From Longimicrobiales bacterium (lineage in GTDB: Bacteria; Gemmatimonadota; Gemmatimonadetes; Longimicrobiales; Gaopeijiaceae), in assembly GCA_041690395.1 (NCBI GenBank), contig JAWLHJ010000001.1, positions 224,001-288,000 of the forward strand: a DNA stretch of 64,000 nucleotides, given 5' to 3'. The number at the start of each line of letters is the position of its first letter. Positions within the stretch are counted from its first letter, which is position 1. Under the pieces are notes generated by a model. It had not been told where the DNA came from. It was given only the letters and a program-made list of their open reading frames with translations, and searched no databases. Below are positions 48,611-59,044 of the stretch, in pieces. The translations under genes were made by a program, and so were the position numbers.

Positions 48611-49120
48611 ATGCAAGAAACCGAAACCACGGTGGACGCCTCCGACCTGGACCAACCCGCACCACGCGAGTGGTCGGTGGGTCAGGAGGAGGCGCTCCGC
48701 CTCTGGATCGCGCTGGCTCGATGTTACTCGAGCTTCGCGAAGGCCGTCTCCATGAAGATCCAGGAGTACGGACTGACCACACCCCAGTTCGGTGTCCTCG
48801 AGGCCCTCTTCCACCTCGGTCCACTCTCGCTGGGCGAGCTCGCTGAAAAGCTCCTCGTCACGGGCGGGAACGTCACCTACGTGATGGACCGATTGGAACA
48901 GCAGGGCCTCGTCTACAGGGAACGCTCGGAGGATGATCGTCGCGTGATCCAGGCCAAGCTGACCGTCGAGGGACGGAGTCTGGTCGAGAGCGTTTTCGTG
49001 GGTCATGCCGAGTTCGTGGAGCACCTCACCCGACACGTGGAGCCGGGTGAGCGCCGTCAGCTTCGCACGCTCCTGAAGAAGCTCGGCCGTGGCGTGGCGC
49101 GCGAGGATCTCGCGCAGTAG
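48611..49120 (+). CDS. MarR family regulator
   Basis: GLTTPQFGVLEAL, GNVTYVMDRLE, DDRRV...LT.EG. Confidence 0.92.
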   Translation: MQETETTVDASDLDQPAPREWSVGQEEALRLWIALARCYSSFAKAVSMKIQEYGLTTPQFGVLEALFHLGPLSLGELAEKLLVTGGNVTYVMDRLEQQGLVYRERSEDDRRVIQAKLTVEGRSLVESVFVGHAEFVEHLTRHVEPGERRQLRTLLKKLGRGVAREDLAQ

Positions 49121-49145
49121 CTCCGCCGCGGGACGTCCCGGCCTC

Positions 49146-50381
49146 TCAGGCCGGCTGAGCCGCCCCCTGGTCCGATTGAAGCTCGATGCCGCGGATGGCG
49201 AGGACGCGCAGTAACGCCTCTCCGATCTTGTTGTTCGGCGTCGACGCCCCCGCGGTGATCCCGATCTGGAAGGGGCCCTCCGGCAGCCAGTCCTCGTCCA
49301 CGAGCTCATCGGCGGTAGGGTCGAGCTCCGGCTTGTGCCGGATGGTGCCCCGCTCCACGTCGATGCACGCGGCGTCCTCCACATGGAAGGTGCGCGTGTG
49401 CTGCCGGCAGAGGTGCGCCAGATGGTTGGTGTTCGAGGAGTTGTATCCTCCGATCACCAGCATGATGTCGGGCGGATCCTGCATCATCTCGGCGACCGCG
49501 TCCTGACGCTCCTGGGTCGCGGAGCAGATCGTTCCGAACGACCTGAAGTGCTCGGCCGCGTGCTCCTCGCCGAAGTGCTCGACCATGGCCTCGTGGACCT
49601 TCATGCCGATGGCGAGGGATTCCTTCGCGAGCATGGTCGTCTGGTTGGCGACGCCCACCTTCTCCAGGTGCACGTCCGGATCGAAGCCGGGCGTGGCCTT
49701 GGCCTCGAAGTGCTTCATGAAGGCTTCTCGGCTCAGGTGGCCGGGGCGCTTCGCGATGTAGTCGAAGACCAGGCTCGCCTCGTCCATGTCCCGTACGATG
49801 ATGTACGTGCCGCCTTCGTGCTTGTTGACCTGCGAAGCGGTCGCCCGGGACTCTTCGTGCGTGTACTTGCCGTGGATGAGCGCCGTGAAGCCGTCCTTCG
49901 CGTAGTTCTCGACACGCTTCCACACGTGCAATACCGACCCGCAGGTCGTGTCGACCAGGATGCAGCCGATGTCGCGGAGCGTGTCGAAATCGTGCAGCGT
50001 CACGCCGAACGCGGGCATGATGACCACGTCGTCCGGGCCCACGGACGAGAACTCGAAGGTGCCGTCGTCCTCGGGATAGATGAACTGGATGCCCATGTCG
50101 GTCATCCGCTGGTTCACGTGCGGATTGTGGATGATCTCGCCGACGAGGAAGATCCGCTTGTCCGGGAACTTGTGGACGGTCTCGTAGGCGTAGTCCACGG
50201 CCCGGTCGACTCCGTAGCAGAAGCCGAACTCCTGGGCGAGCCGGACGGTGACGTCGCCGAACTGGTCCTGATAGCCGCGTGAGCGGATACGTTCGACCAG
50301 CCCGGACTGATACTCCGCGTCGATGAGGGGACGGAGCTCCTTCTTGAGTCCGAAGCCCTTGCGGAAGTAGGTCTGCTCCAT
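49146..50381 (-). CDS. ispH: 4-hydroxy-3-methylbut-2-enyl diphosphate reductase
   Basis: GFCYGV, IIHNP, DTTC, TICSATQERQ, SSNT, TAGASTP. Confidence 0.95.
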   Translation of the reverse strand: MEQTYFRKGFGLKKELRPLIDAEYQSGLVERIRSRGYQDQFGDVTVRLAQEFGFCYGVDRAVDYAYETVHKFPDKRIFLVGEIIHNPHVNQRMTDMGIQFIYPEDDGTFEFSSVGPDDVVIMPAFGVTLHDFDTLRDIGCILVDTTCGSVLHVWKRVENYAKDGFTALIHGKYTHEESRATASQVNKHEGGTYIIVRDMDEASLVFDYIAKRPGHLSREAFMKHFEAKATPGFDPDVHLEKVGVANQTTMLAKESLAIGMKVHEAMVEHFGEEHAAEHFRSFGTICSATQERQDAVAEMMQDPPDIMLVIGGYNSSNTNHLAHLCRQHTRTFHVEDAACIDVERGTIRHKPELDPTADELVDEDWLPEGPFQIGITAGASTPNNKIGEALLRVLAIRGIELQSDQGAAQPA

Positions 50382-50550
50382 GGGTGCTCTCGCGTTGCGG
50401 CTCGAAGTACGGCGTGAAAGAGGGCTTACCCCCTGCGGGCGCCGCCGGTCCGTGCTGGGCGGACGGTCCCCGGCACCAAAGGTGACGCACCCCGGAAGGG
50501 GCTTCAAGGCGGGACAGGAACCCCCCGGAAGCGAACCGGTAGGAGCCACC

Positions 50551-51090
50551 ATGAATCTATTCGGTCGGCTGTTCGTCCTCTTCGTGCTCGTTCCCGTCAT
50601 CGAGCTGGCGCTGCTCATCCAGATCGGGCGCGCGATCGGGCTCCTGCCGACCGTGGGCCTCGTATTGCTGACCGGGGCGGCGGGGGCGTGGCTGGCACGG
50701 GCTGAGGGTCTACGCGTTTTCTTCAGCTTTCAGAACGAGCTGCAGACGGGGCGTCTACCCGGTCAGGCGGTCTTCGACGGTCTCTGCGTGCTGGTCGGAG
50801 GCGCGCTCTTGCTGACGCCCGGTGTTCTCACGGATCTCTTCGGATTCGCGCTGCTGCTGCCACCGACGCGCCGGTGGATCCAGCGCCGCATGCGTCGGAG
50901 CCTGGAGCGGCGGATGCAGGACGGATCGGTGCGCGTGGTCACGTTCGGCTCGGGCGGGCTCGGTGGCTTCGGCTTCGGTGGTCCCCCCGGGGCCGGCGGT
51001 ACGCCGACCCCCGGCCAGAGCCGGCGTCCGGACGGAGAGCTCGGGCTCGATCCCACCAAAGGGATCGAGGTGGAGCCCGACGACCGTTGA
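50551..51090 (+). CDS. fxsA: FxsA family membrane protein
   Basis: VPVIELALL, GALLLTPGVLTD. Confidence 0.9.
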   Translation: MNLFGRLFVLFVLVPVIELALLIQIGRAIGLLPTVGLVLLTGAAGAWLARAEGLRVFFSFQNELQTGRLPGQAVFDGLCVLVGGALLLTPGVLTDLFGFALLLPPTRRWIQRRMRRSLERRMQDGSVRVVTFGSGGLGGFGFGGPPGAGGTPTPGQSRRPDGELGLDPTKGIEVEPDDR

Positions 51091-51205
51091 GCGGGACCCG
51101 AGCCGACATTCCGCCGTCCTCCGACGCCGTGGACCGCTTTCGCGCTCGCGGATAACTTCCGGGTCCGGCACGCGCAGCCGTACTTCCAACCCCCCGAGGC
51201 CGCCC

Positions 51206-52273
51206 ATGACCCAGGACATCTCCTTTCTCGAGCGCCTACTCGACGCGCCCGGGCCCTCCGGCTTCGAGGTTCGCGCGGCGCGCGTGTGGCGCGAGGAGGC
51301 GGCCGGTTTCGCGGACGAGGTGGACGTCGACGTGAGCGGCAACTCGTACGCCACGTTGCGGGGCACCGGCGAGAAGCGGGTCATGCTGGCCGGTCACATC
51401 GACGAGATCGGCCTCCAGGTCACGCACATCGACAAGGACGGCTACTTGTATGTCGACGCGATCGGGGGGTGGGACCCTCAGGTCCTGGTGGGCCAGCGGG
51501 TCATGATCCTGGCACGGTCCGGCGACGTCGTCGGCGTCGTCGGCAAGAAGGCGATCCATCTCATGACGCCCGAGGACCGCAATCAGGCGTCGAAGATCAA
51601 AAACCTCTGGGTCGACATCGGCGCCTCGTCGCGCGACGAGGTGGCGGAGGCGGGCGTGCGAGTCGGTGACCCGATGGTCATCGCGCAGCCGATGGCGCGT
51701 CTCGCCGGCGACCGGATCGCGAGCCGTGCCATCGACAACCGCATCGGCGCGTTCGTGGTGCTCGAGGCCCTGAGGATGCTGTCAGGCGAGCGGAGCTACG
51801 CCACGGCCACCGCGGTCGCCACCGTACAAGAGGAGATCGGGCACTCGGGCGGCGGCGCCCGGACGAGTGCGTACCGGCTCGAGCCGGACCTCGCGCTCGT
51901 GGTCGACGTGACGTTCAGCACCGACGTTCCCGACGTGGAGAAGAAGGAGCTCGGCGAGCACGAGCTCGGCGGGGGCCCCGTGCTGAGTCGGGGCTCGGCC
52001 TCGCACAACGAGGTGTTCGAAGCGCTCGCCAGGACCGCGGAGGCGGCCGAGATCCCGTTCACCATCCAGGCATCGCCCTCCGCGACCCGCACCGACGCGG
52101 ACGGGATCCACCTGACGCGACGGGGCGTGCCGACCGCGGTCATCTCGGTTCCGAACCGCTACATGCACTCCCCGAACGAGGTGGTCAGCGTGAAGGATCT
52201 CTTCCGGACCGCCGCGCTCATCGCCGCGTTCGTACGCGACATCGACGCCGACACGGACTTCACGCCGCGTTGA
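51206..52273 (+). CDS. M42 family metallopeptidase
   Basis: GPSGFE, GHIDEIG, DNRIG, VQEEIG, RYMHS. Confidence 0.93.
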   Translation: MTQDISFLERLLDAPGPSGFEVRAARVWREEAAGFADEVDVDVSGNSYATLRGTGEKRVMLAGHIDEIGLQVTHIDKDGYLYVDAIGGWDPQVLVGQRVMILARSGDVVGVVGKKAIHLMTPEDRNQASKIKNLWVDIGASSRDEVAEAGVRVGDPMVIAQPMARLAGDRIASRAIDNRIGAFVVLEALRMLSGERSYATATAVATVQEEIGHSGGGARTSAYRLEPDLALVVDVTFSTDVPDVEKKELGEHELGGGPVLSRGSASHNEVFEALARTAEAAEIPFTIQASPSATRTDADGIHLTRRGVPTAVISVPNRYMHSPNEVVSVKDLFRTAALIAAFVRDIDADTDFTPR

Positions 52274-52298
52274 CGGCCCATGTCCGTACATCTAAGGT
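52270..52298 (+). promoter_or_regulatory. putative sigma70 promoter
   Basis: TTGACG-N17-TAAGGT. Confidence 0.6.
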
Positions 52299-52432
52299 TC
52301 GGACCCCCGGAGACCGGGGCCGCGGAACGCTCTCGTCCGGAGAGACGCCGGTCCTCATGTGGGAAGCAGCATCGCAGGAAGCCGACCCGGGACCGCGCCG
52401 GCGTGGGTGGCACACTCTGAAGGAAGCAATCG

Positions 52433-52903
52433 ATGGTCGAGGCAGGGAAGGTGATCAAGGAGCTGCAGGACATGCGCGACGACGGACATCTGTCCGACGC
52501 GCTCCTGCGATATGCGGTCCGCTCCATCGCGAAGGCGGGCGAGTACAGCTGGGTGGGGGTCTACCTCCTGAACGAGGAGGCGCAGGAGCTCTGGCTCCAC
52601 AACTACGTCGGTGAGCCGACCGAGCACGCGAAGATTCCCGTGGGCACGGGCGTGTGCGGACGGGCGGTCGCGGAGGGCACCAATCTCAACATCCCCGACG
52701 TGAGCACCGAGGAGAACTACCTGGCGTGCTCGCCGGACGTGCAGAGCGAGCTGGTCGTGCTCATCCGGGCCGGAGACGAGATCTTCGGTCAGATCGACAT
52801 CGACTCCGAGGAGAAGGACTCGTTCTCGGAAGAGGACGAGATCGCGCTCGTCGGCGTAGCGGACAAGCTCGCCGAGCAGCTGGCGGCGGAGCGGCGCTCC
52901 TGA
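52433..52903 (+). CDS. GAF protein, free methionine-R-sulfoxide reductase (MsrC)-like
   Basis: WVGVY, GVCG, YLACS..VQSELVV, IDIDS. Confidence 0.85.
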   Translation: MVEAGKVIKELQDMRDDGHLSDALLRYAVRSIAKAGEYSWVGVYLLNEEAQELWLHNYVGEPTEHAKIPVGTGVCGRAVAEGTNLNIPDVSTEENYLACSPDVQSELVVLIRAGDEIFGQIDIDSEEKDSFSEEDEIALVGVADKLAEQLAAERRS

Positions 52904-53676
52904 CGGAACGCTCGGGGGCCGGGCTCGAGCCACTAGAGCCCCGGTTTCTGAACGCCGGCAACGCCGGTCCGTTCACGCTGGACGGGACCCGCACCTACCT
53001 GGTCGGGAACCGGAACGTGGCGGTCATCGATCCGGGCCCGGACGCGCAGGCGCACGTCCGGGCCCTGGTCGGGGCGGTCGAGGAAGCAGAGGAGGTTCGC
53101 ATTCTGCTCACGCATGGGCATGCGGACCATGCGGCGGCCGCCCGTCCCCTCGCCGACGCCCTCGGCGCCGAAGTGTTCGGCCCGCCGCTCCCCGAAGTGG
53201 ACCGGGTCCTCGAAGACGGCGCTTCGATCGAGACCGACCAGGGGTCGCTCGTGGCGGTCCACACCCCGGGACATGCTCTCGAGCATCTCTGCTTCCATTG
53301 GCCCGCCGCGCGGGCGCTGTTCGCGGGCGATCTCCTGCTCGGCCAGGGCGATACCACCTGGGTCGCCGAATATCCGGGGTGCGTCGCCGACTATTTCGAC
53401 TCCCTCGAGCGGCTGCGGGCGCTGGAGCTCGACGTGATCTATCCGACCCACGGCCCTCCGCTCAAAGACGCCGCCGCCGCGATCGAGCGCTTCGAGGCGC
53501 ACCGGCGTGAGCGCGTGCGTCAGGTGGAGGCCGCGCTCCCCAAGCTTCCCCGCCTCGACGTCGATGACCTCATGGCGCACGTATATGGCGACAGCGTGCC
53601 GGACGGGTTGCACGGTGCCGCCGCGCGCAGCCTCGCCGCGTTGGTGGACTACGTGAGAGGTGTGCGAAGGACGTGA
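52900..53676 (+). CDS. MBL-fold metallohydrolase (probable CTG start)
   Basis: NAGPFTLDGTRTY, THGHADH, TPGH, PTHG. Confidence 0.9.
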   Translation: MTERSGAGLEPLEPRFLNAGNAGPFTLDGTRTYLVGNRNVAVIDPGPDAQAHVRALVGAVEEAEEVRILLTHGHADHAAAARPLADALGAEVFGPPLPEVDRVLEDGASIETDQGSLVAVHTPGHALEHLCFHWPAARALFAGDLLLGQGDTTWVAEYPGCVADYFDSLERLRALELDVIYPTHGPPLKDAAAAIERFEAHRRERVRQVEAALPKLPRLDVDDLMAHVYGDSVPDGLHGAAARSLAALVDYVRGVRRT

Positions 53677-53719
53677 GCGGCGCGTTGCACGGGAAGGCGG
53701 AAGCGGGGTATCGTCGGAC

Positions 53720-55162
53720 ATGACTCTCGACGCTTCTCTGGTCTCGCGACTCCGTGACACGGTCGGCCGCGATCAGGTGATCACCGACCCCAACCGCCTC
53801 TTCGTGTACGAGTCGGACGGCCTCACCCAGTACCGGGTGGCGCCACGGGCGGTGGTGCTCCCGGCCACCACGGACGAACTCGCGGCGGCCGTGCGGCTGC
53901 TTCATGACGCGCGGGTTCCGGTCGTCCCACGCGGGGCCGGAACCGGCCTGTCGGGCGGCGCGCTTCCCTGCGCGGACGGCGTCATCGTGGGCACGGCGCG
54001 CATGAACCGGATCCTCTCGATCGATCCGGAGAGCCGAATCGCTCGGGTCCAGCCCGGCGTGGTGAACGGGCGGTTGACGGAGGCGACCCTCCCACACGGT
54101 CTCTACTACGCGCCCGATCCGTCGTCGCAGAGCACGTGCACGTTGGGTGGGAACGTGGCGGAGAACTCGGGAGGGCCGCACTGCCTCAAGTACGGCGTGA
54201 CGGGGCGATACGTGACCGGCCTTACCGTAGTGCTCCCGGACGGAGAAGTCGTCGAGCTCGGAGGAGCCGGGCGGGCTCCCGACGGCGCGCTCGATCTCGT
54301 CGGGCTGTTCGTCGGGTCCGAAGGATGCTTCGGTATCGCGGCCGAGATCGAGGTAGGGCTGCTCCCCATCGCCGAGGGCGTCCGGACGCTCCTCGGCATC
54401 TTCGAGTCGATGGAGGACGCTGGACGGGCCGTCACCGCGATCATCGCCTCGGGCATGCTCCCCGCCGCCCTCGAGATCGTCGATGCCGCGACCATCCGCG
54501 CGGTGGAGGCCAGCGTGTACGCCGCGGGGTATCCGACCGACGCGGGTGCGGCCCTGGTCGTGGAGTTCGACGGCACCGAAGAGGGCCTGGACGCCGACGC
54601 CGACCGGGCCGAGGCGTGTTGCCGTGAGGCCGGTGCGCGTGACGTCCAGCGCGCGGTCGACGAGTCCCATCGGGCCGCGCTGTGGAAGGGGCGGAAGAAG
54701 GCGTTCGGCGCGATGGGCCGTATCGCGCCGGACCTCCTGGTCCAGGACGCGACGGTGCCGCGGACGCGACTCCCCGAGGTGCTGGCGGGCGTGGCCGAGA
54801 TCGGTCGCCGCTACGATCTCCAGATCGCCAACGTCTTCCACGCCGGAGACGGGAACCTGCACCCCAACATCATCTTCGACCGGCACGACCCCGATGAGCT
54901 GGCGCGGGTCGAACAGGCGTCGAAGGACATCATGGCGCTGTGCGTCGACGCGGGGGGCACCATCACGGGCGAGCACGGCGTCGGGGTCGACAAGCGTAAG
55001 TACATGCGGCTGGTGCACGGCCCCGACGAGCTGGCCGCCATGGGTGCGATGAAGCGGGCGTTCGACCCGTCCGGGCTCTTCAACCCGGGCAAGGTGCTGC
55101 CCGATCCCGAGGTGCCCACCGACCCTGCGGCGGCCGACGCCGGGACGGGAGAAGCGGCTTGA
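53720..55162 (+). CDS. glcD: glycolate/D-lactate oxidase FAD subunit
   Basis: RGAGTGLSGG, APDPSS, GGPHCLKYG, HAGDGNLHP, GEHGVG. Confidence 0.92.
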   Translation: MTLDASLVSRLRDTVGRDQVITDPNRLFVYESDGLTQYRVAPRAVVLPATTDELAAAVRLLHDARVPVVPRGAGTGLSGGALPCADGVIVGTARMNRILSIDPESRIARVQPGVVNGRLTEATLPHGLYYAPDPSSQSTCTLGGNVAENSGGPHCLKYGVTGRYVTGLTVVLPDGEVVELGGAGRAPDGALDLVGLFVGSEGCFGIAAEIEVGLLPIAEGVRTLLGIFESMEDAGRAVTAIIASGMLPAALEIVDAATIRAVEASVYAAGYPTDAGAALVVEFDGTEEGLDADADRAEACCREAGARDVQRAVDESHRAALWKGRKKAFGAMGRIAPDLLVQDATVPRTRLPEVLAGVAEIGRRYDLQIANVFHAGDGNLHPNIIFDRHDPDELARVEQASKDIMALCVDAGGTITGEHGVGVDKRKYMRLVHGPDELAAMGAMKRAFDPSGLFNPGKVLPDPEVPTDPAAADAGTGEAA

Positions 55163-56469
55163 GGGTGCTCGCGGATGCGCTGCCCTCCGAGGCGTTGGGC
55201 GATACGGCTGACGCACCTCGGCTCGCGGGCTCGGTCGAGGCGCTGATCCGCCCGGGGGATCCCGCCGAGGTGTCCGAAGCGCTCGCGTGGGCCCGCGCCG
55301 AGGGAACGACCCTCCTGCCCGTCGGAACCGGGCGTCACATCCCGCGCATCGTCGCCCCCGCCCGGTGCGCGGTGCTCTCCACCGAGCGCATGTCCGGCGT
55401 GACGATCTACGAGCCCGCGGACCTCACGCTCACGGCGCTGGCCGGCACTCCGCTCTCGGCGCTCCGCGAGGCGCTCGCCCCGCACGCGCAGTGGCTCCCC
55501 TTCGACCCGCCCGACGTCGAGGGCCGCACGCTGGGTGGCCTGGTCGCGTCCGGGCTGTCGGGGCCTCTAGCCGCCGGGTACGGCGCTCTCCGGAACCACG
55601 TGCTGGGCGCGACCGTCGTGCTCGGGGATGGCCGGCGGCTACGGCTTGGCGGGCGGGTCGTGAAGAACGTCGCCGGCTTCGACCTCCTGCGGCCGGTGGT
55701 GGGGAGTCTGGGGGGATTGTGCGTCGTGACCGAGATCTGCGTGAGGCTGTTTCCCGAGCCGAGGGTGGATCGTCTCCTGATCACCCGGGCCGACACGCCG
55801 AGCGCGCTGGTGGGCGCGGCCCGGGCGGTCGCGCGGGCCCCGGTCGTCCCCGCTTCGTCCGTGCTCGTCTCGGGGGCCGACGCGTCGGCCGAGGGAGCGG
55901 CGCTGCTCGTCCGGCTCCACGGCGCCCGCCCGACCGTCGACGCGGACCAGCGAACGTTCGAGCGTGCGATCGGACGGCCGGTCGAGGTGGTGGACGAGGA
56001 CGTCACGATGGTGACCCGAGCGGCGCGTGACCTGCTCGCGGGCGGCGCAGGCGAGAACCGGACCGCGACCGTGTCCGGAGACGCGCCCGCGCTGGGCGTC
56101 GGCAACGCCTCGGCGCCTGCGGACCGGCTCGGCAACCTCCTGTCGGCCCTGGATTCGACGCTGGGGCGCGTTCCGTTCTCCTGCGACGCGTACTCCGGCA
56201 CCGTCCGGTTCGGCTTCGACGGCGGTCACGTGCCGGCCCTCGCGACGCTGCGTCGTGCTCTCGAGGCCCTCGGTGGCTCGCTGGGCGTGGAGCGCGCTCC
56301 CGGGGGCGCGGCGCCGGATCTCGGGGATGCGGTCTCCACGCCATCGGCCGGAGAGGCGAAGCTGACCGCGCGGGTGCGTGCGGTCTTCGACCCGGCCGGC
56401 GTGTTCTGGCCGTCCGCCGGCCGGGCCGCACCAGCGGACGGCGCGGTTGGCCAGGGAGCGGTCCGGTGA
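55159..56469 (+). CDS. glcE: glycolate oxidase FAD-binding subunit GlcE-like
   Basis: YEPADLT, GGRVVKNVAGFDL, FDPAG. Confidence 0.88.
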   Translation: MRVLADALPSEALGDTADAPRLAGSVEALIRPGDPAEVSEALAWARAEGTTLLPVGTGRHIPRIVAPARCAVLSTERMSGVTIYEPADLTLTALAGTPLSALREALAPHAQWLPFDPPDVEGRTLGGLVASGLSGPLAAGYGALRNHVLGATVVLGDGRRLRLGGRVVKNVAGFDLLRPVVGSLGGLCVVTEICVRLFPEPRVDRLLITRADTPSALVGAARAVARAPVVPASSVLVSGADASAEGAALLVRLHGARPTVDADQRTFERAIGRPVEVVDEDVTMVTRAARDLLAGGAGENRTATVSGDAPALGVGNASAPADRLGNLLSALDSTLGRVPFSCDAYSGTVRFGFDGGHVPALATLRRALEALGGSLGVERAPGGAAPDLGDAVSTPSAGEAKLTARVRAVFDPAGVFWPSAGRAAPADGAVGQGAVR

Positions 56470-57818
56470 GCGCGCGCCCGTCCGCTCCGGGTCCGGTCGG
56501 GGGGGCGCTCGCGAGCGCGCTCGCCGAGCAGCAGGAGCGCCTCCTCCCCTGCGTCCATTGCGGCTTCTGCCTGCCCGCGTGCCCGACCTATACGAGGCTG
56601 GGCGACGAGGCGGACTCGCCTCGGGGTCGTCTGCATCTCATGCAGGCGGTGGTGGAGGGGCGGTTGGACGCCGGAAGCGACGCGTTCCGCACGCACATCG
56701 ACCGATGCCTCGGGTGCCGAGCCTGCGAGCCCGCGTGCCCCTCGGGGGTCGAGTACGGCATTTTGCTCGAGCACGCACGAGAGACCGCGATCGCGGCCCG
56801 TCCAGCGGGCCTGCTCACCCGCATGCTGCTACGCCTGATGGCCTCCCGCGGCGCGCGCCACATGTTTTTCCTCGGCGGGCGGTTGATGCGCGCCACGGGC
56901 CTCGCGGCCCTCGGTGCTCGCCTCCTCCCGAGGGGGCGGTTGTTCGGGAGCGCGAAGCTGGGCCTCGCCATGCTTGCATCGAGCGCGCCCTGGAAGGCAC
57001 CGGCGCGCCAACCATCGGACCTTCCGGGCGGCGGGGCCTCGACGGGGAGCGCCGGTGGAACGGTAGCGTCCCGGGGACGGGTCGGGATGCTGACCGGTTG
57101 CGTGCAGCAGGGGCTCTACGACCGGGTGAATCGGGCCACGGGACGGGTGCTGCGGGCCAACGGGTTCGACGTCGTGCCGGTGGCCGGGCAGGACTGCTGC
57201 GGCGCGCTTCACGCGCATGCCGGGGCGCTCGCGGGAGCCCGCGAGCTCGCCCGCCGCAACATCGACGCGTTCGAGGCGGCCGGGGTCGAAGTCGTGGTCG
57301 TGAACGCGGCGGGATGCGGGGCGAGCATGAAGCAGTACGGCGTCCTACTCGAGAACGACCCGACCCATGCGGAGCGGGCCGCACGTTTCTCGGCCGGCGT
57401 TCGGGACGTCAACGAGATCCTGGCCGAGGCGGGCCCCCGCGAGGGCGCGGCGGTGCCTTGTCGCGTCGCGTACGACCACCCGTGCCACCTGCTCCACGCC
57501 CAGGGCATACGCGCCGCGCCGCTCGAGGTGCTCGGGGCGGTGCCGGGGGTCGAGGTCCGGGTCGTCGAGCAGGCGGACGAGTGCTGCGGCGGTGCGGGCA
57601 TCTACGGGATCACGCATCCCGACCTCGGAGGGCGCATCGGCGGCGACAAGGTTCGGGCCGTCCGCAGGACCGAGGCCGACGCGGTGGCGACGCCGAACCC
57701 GGGATGCATGATGCAGATCGGTGCCGGCCTGCGGCTCGAGGGATCGGCGACCGGTGCCGTGCATCCGGTGGAGTTGCTGGACGAGAGCTATCGGCGCGCC
57801 GGGTTCTACGCGTCGTGA
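56466..57818 (+). CDS. glcF: glycolate oxidase Fe-S subunit
   Basis: CVHCGFCLPACP, CLGCRACEPACP, two CCG domains. Confidence 0.92.
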   Translation: MSARPSAPGPVGGALASALAEQQERLLPCVHCGFCLPACPTYTRLGDEADSPRGRLHLMQAVVEGRLDAGSDAFRTHIDRCLGCRACEPACPSGVEYGILLEHARETAIAARPAGLLTRMLLRLMASRGARHMFFLGGRLMRATGLAALGARLLPRGRLFGSAKLGLAMLASSAPWKAPARQPSDLPGGGASTGSAGGTVASRGRVGMLTGCVQQGLYDRVNRATGRVLRANGFDVVPVAGQDCCGALHAHAGALAGARELARRNIDAFEAAGVEVVVVNAAGCGASMKQYGVLLENDPTHAERAARFSAGVRDVNEILAEAGPREGAAVPCRVAYDHPCHLLHAQGIRAAPLEVLGAVPGVEVRVVEQADECCGGAGIYGITHPDLGGRIGGDKVRAVRRTEADAVATPNPGCMMQIGAGLRLEGSATGAVHPVELLDESYRRAGFYAS

Positions 57819-59044
57819 CCGCATCCAAGGGAACGACGTCCCTGTCACCGGACGTGGCTGCGGCGGTGCTCGAGCATGTCCGCGGTGCGCGTGACGACTT
57901 CGTGGCCTTCCTCACCCGGCTCTGCGAATGCGAATCTCCGACGAACCGGCCCGAGACGCAGGCAGCCGTACAGGAGTATCTCGCCGGCGCGTTGGCCGAG
58001 CTCGGCTTCCAGGTCCGGAAGCTCCCGGGTCGCGGCTCGGGCGGCCATCTCTACGCCCGGCCTGCCGGTCGACGCCGCGGCCCGCCCGCTCAGCTGCTCG
58101 TCGGACACACGGACACGGTGTGGCCGGTCGGAACGCTCGAGACGATGCCCGTCCGGGAGGATGACGGCCGGCTCTACGGGCCAGGCACGCTCGACATGAA
58201 GGGCGGGCTGACGCAGATGGTGTTCGCGCTGCGCGCCCTTCGCGACCTCGGCCTCGAGCCGCCTGCGACGCCCGTCCTATTCCTGAACTCGGACGAGGAG
58301 ACCGGCAGCCCCGACTCGAACCGCTGGGTCCGCCGCATGGCGGCCCGGGTCCGCCGCGCGTTCGTTCTCGAACCGGCGCTCGCGCCCGACGCCCGCATCA
58401 AGACGGCGAGAAAGGGGATCGGGAGGTTCGACGTCACGGTGCGGGGGAAGGCGTCGCATGCCGGGCTCGATCCGGATGCCGGCGCCAGCGCGATCCTCGA
58501 GCTCGCGTACGTCATCAGGGCACTGGACGGCCTGCAGGACGGCACGATCGGGCGCACCTTGAACGTCGGTGTCATCGAGGGCGGCATCGGCGCGAACGTC
58601 GTGGCGCCCCTGGCCCGGGCGGCGGTCGATGCCAGGGTCACCACGGTCGCCGACGCCCGGGCGCTCGAAGAAGCCGTGGCCGCGATCGAGCCGACCGTCG
58701 CCGGCGTGTCGCTCGAGATCTCCGGAGGCGTCATCGTCCCGCCGCTCGAGCGCACGCCGAGGAACCGGGCGCTCTGGGACCAGGCGCGCGAGGCCGGGGC
58801 CGCCCTCGGCTTCGATCTGGAGGAGGGGATGGCCGGCGGCGGATCGGACGGCAACACGACGAGCCTGTACACGGCCACCCTCGACGGCCTGGGGTGCGTC
58901 GGCGACGGCCCCCACGCCGCCCACGAGCATATCGAGATCGGGCCGACGCTAGACCGGTGCGCCCTGCTCGCGTGTCTCCTGATGATGCCGGTCGCCGGAG
59001 GGAGTGGGTCGACGGGTGGTGCCGCGGCCGGAGCGTCGGAGTGA
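57815..59044 (+). CDS. M20 family metallopeptidase/amidohydrolase
   Basis: GHTDTV, DMKGG, DEE.GS, SHAG, GGGSDGN, GPHAAHE. Confidence 0.92.
   Translation: MTASKGTTSLSPDVAAAVLEHVRGARDDFVAFLTRLCECESPTNRPETQAAVQEYLAGALAELGFQVRKLPGRGSGGHLYARPAGRRRGPPAQLLVGHTDTVWPVGTLETMPVREDDGRLYGPGTLDMKGGLTQMVFALRALRDLGLEPPATPVLFLNSDEETGSPDSNRWVRRMAARVRRAFVLEPALAPDARIKTARKGIGRFDVTVRGKASHAGLDPDAGASAILELAYVIRALDGLQDGTIGRTLNVGVIEGGIGANVVAPLARAAVDARVTTVADARALEEAVAAIEPTVAGVSLEISGGVIVPPLERTPRNRALWDQAREAGAALGFDLEEGMAGGGSDGNTTSLYTATLDGLGCVGDGPHAAHEHIEIGPTLDRCALLACLLMMPVAGGSGSTGGAAAGASE

Noticed and set aside
52347..52370. CCGGTCC...GGAAGCAGC resembling SRP RNA domain IV
   Set aside because: Has CCGG instead of CAGG, no GNRA tetraloop and no long enclosing helix.
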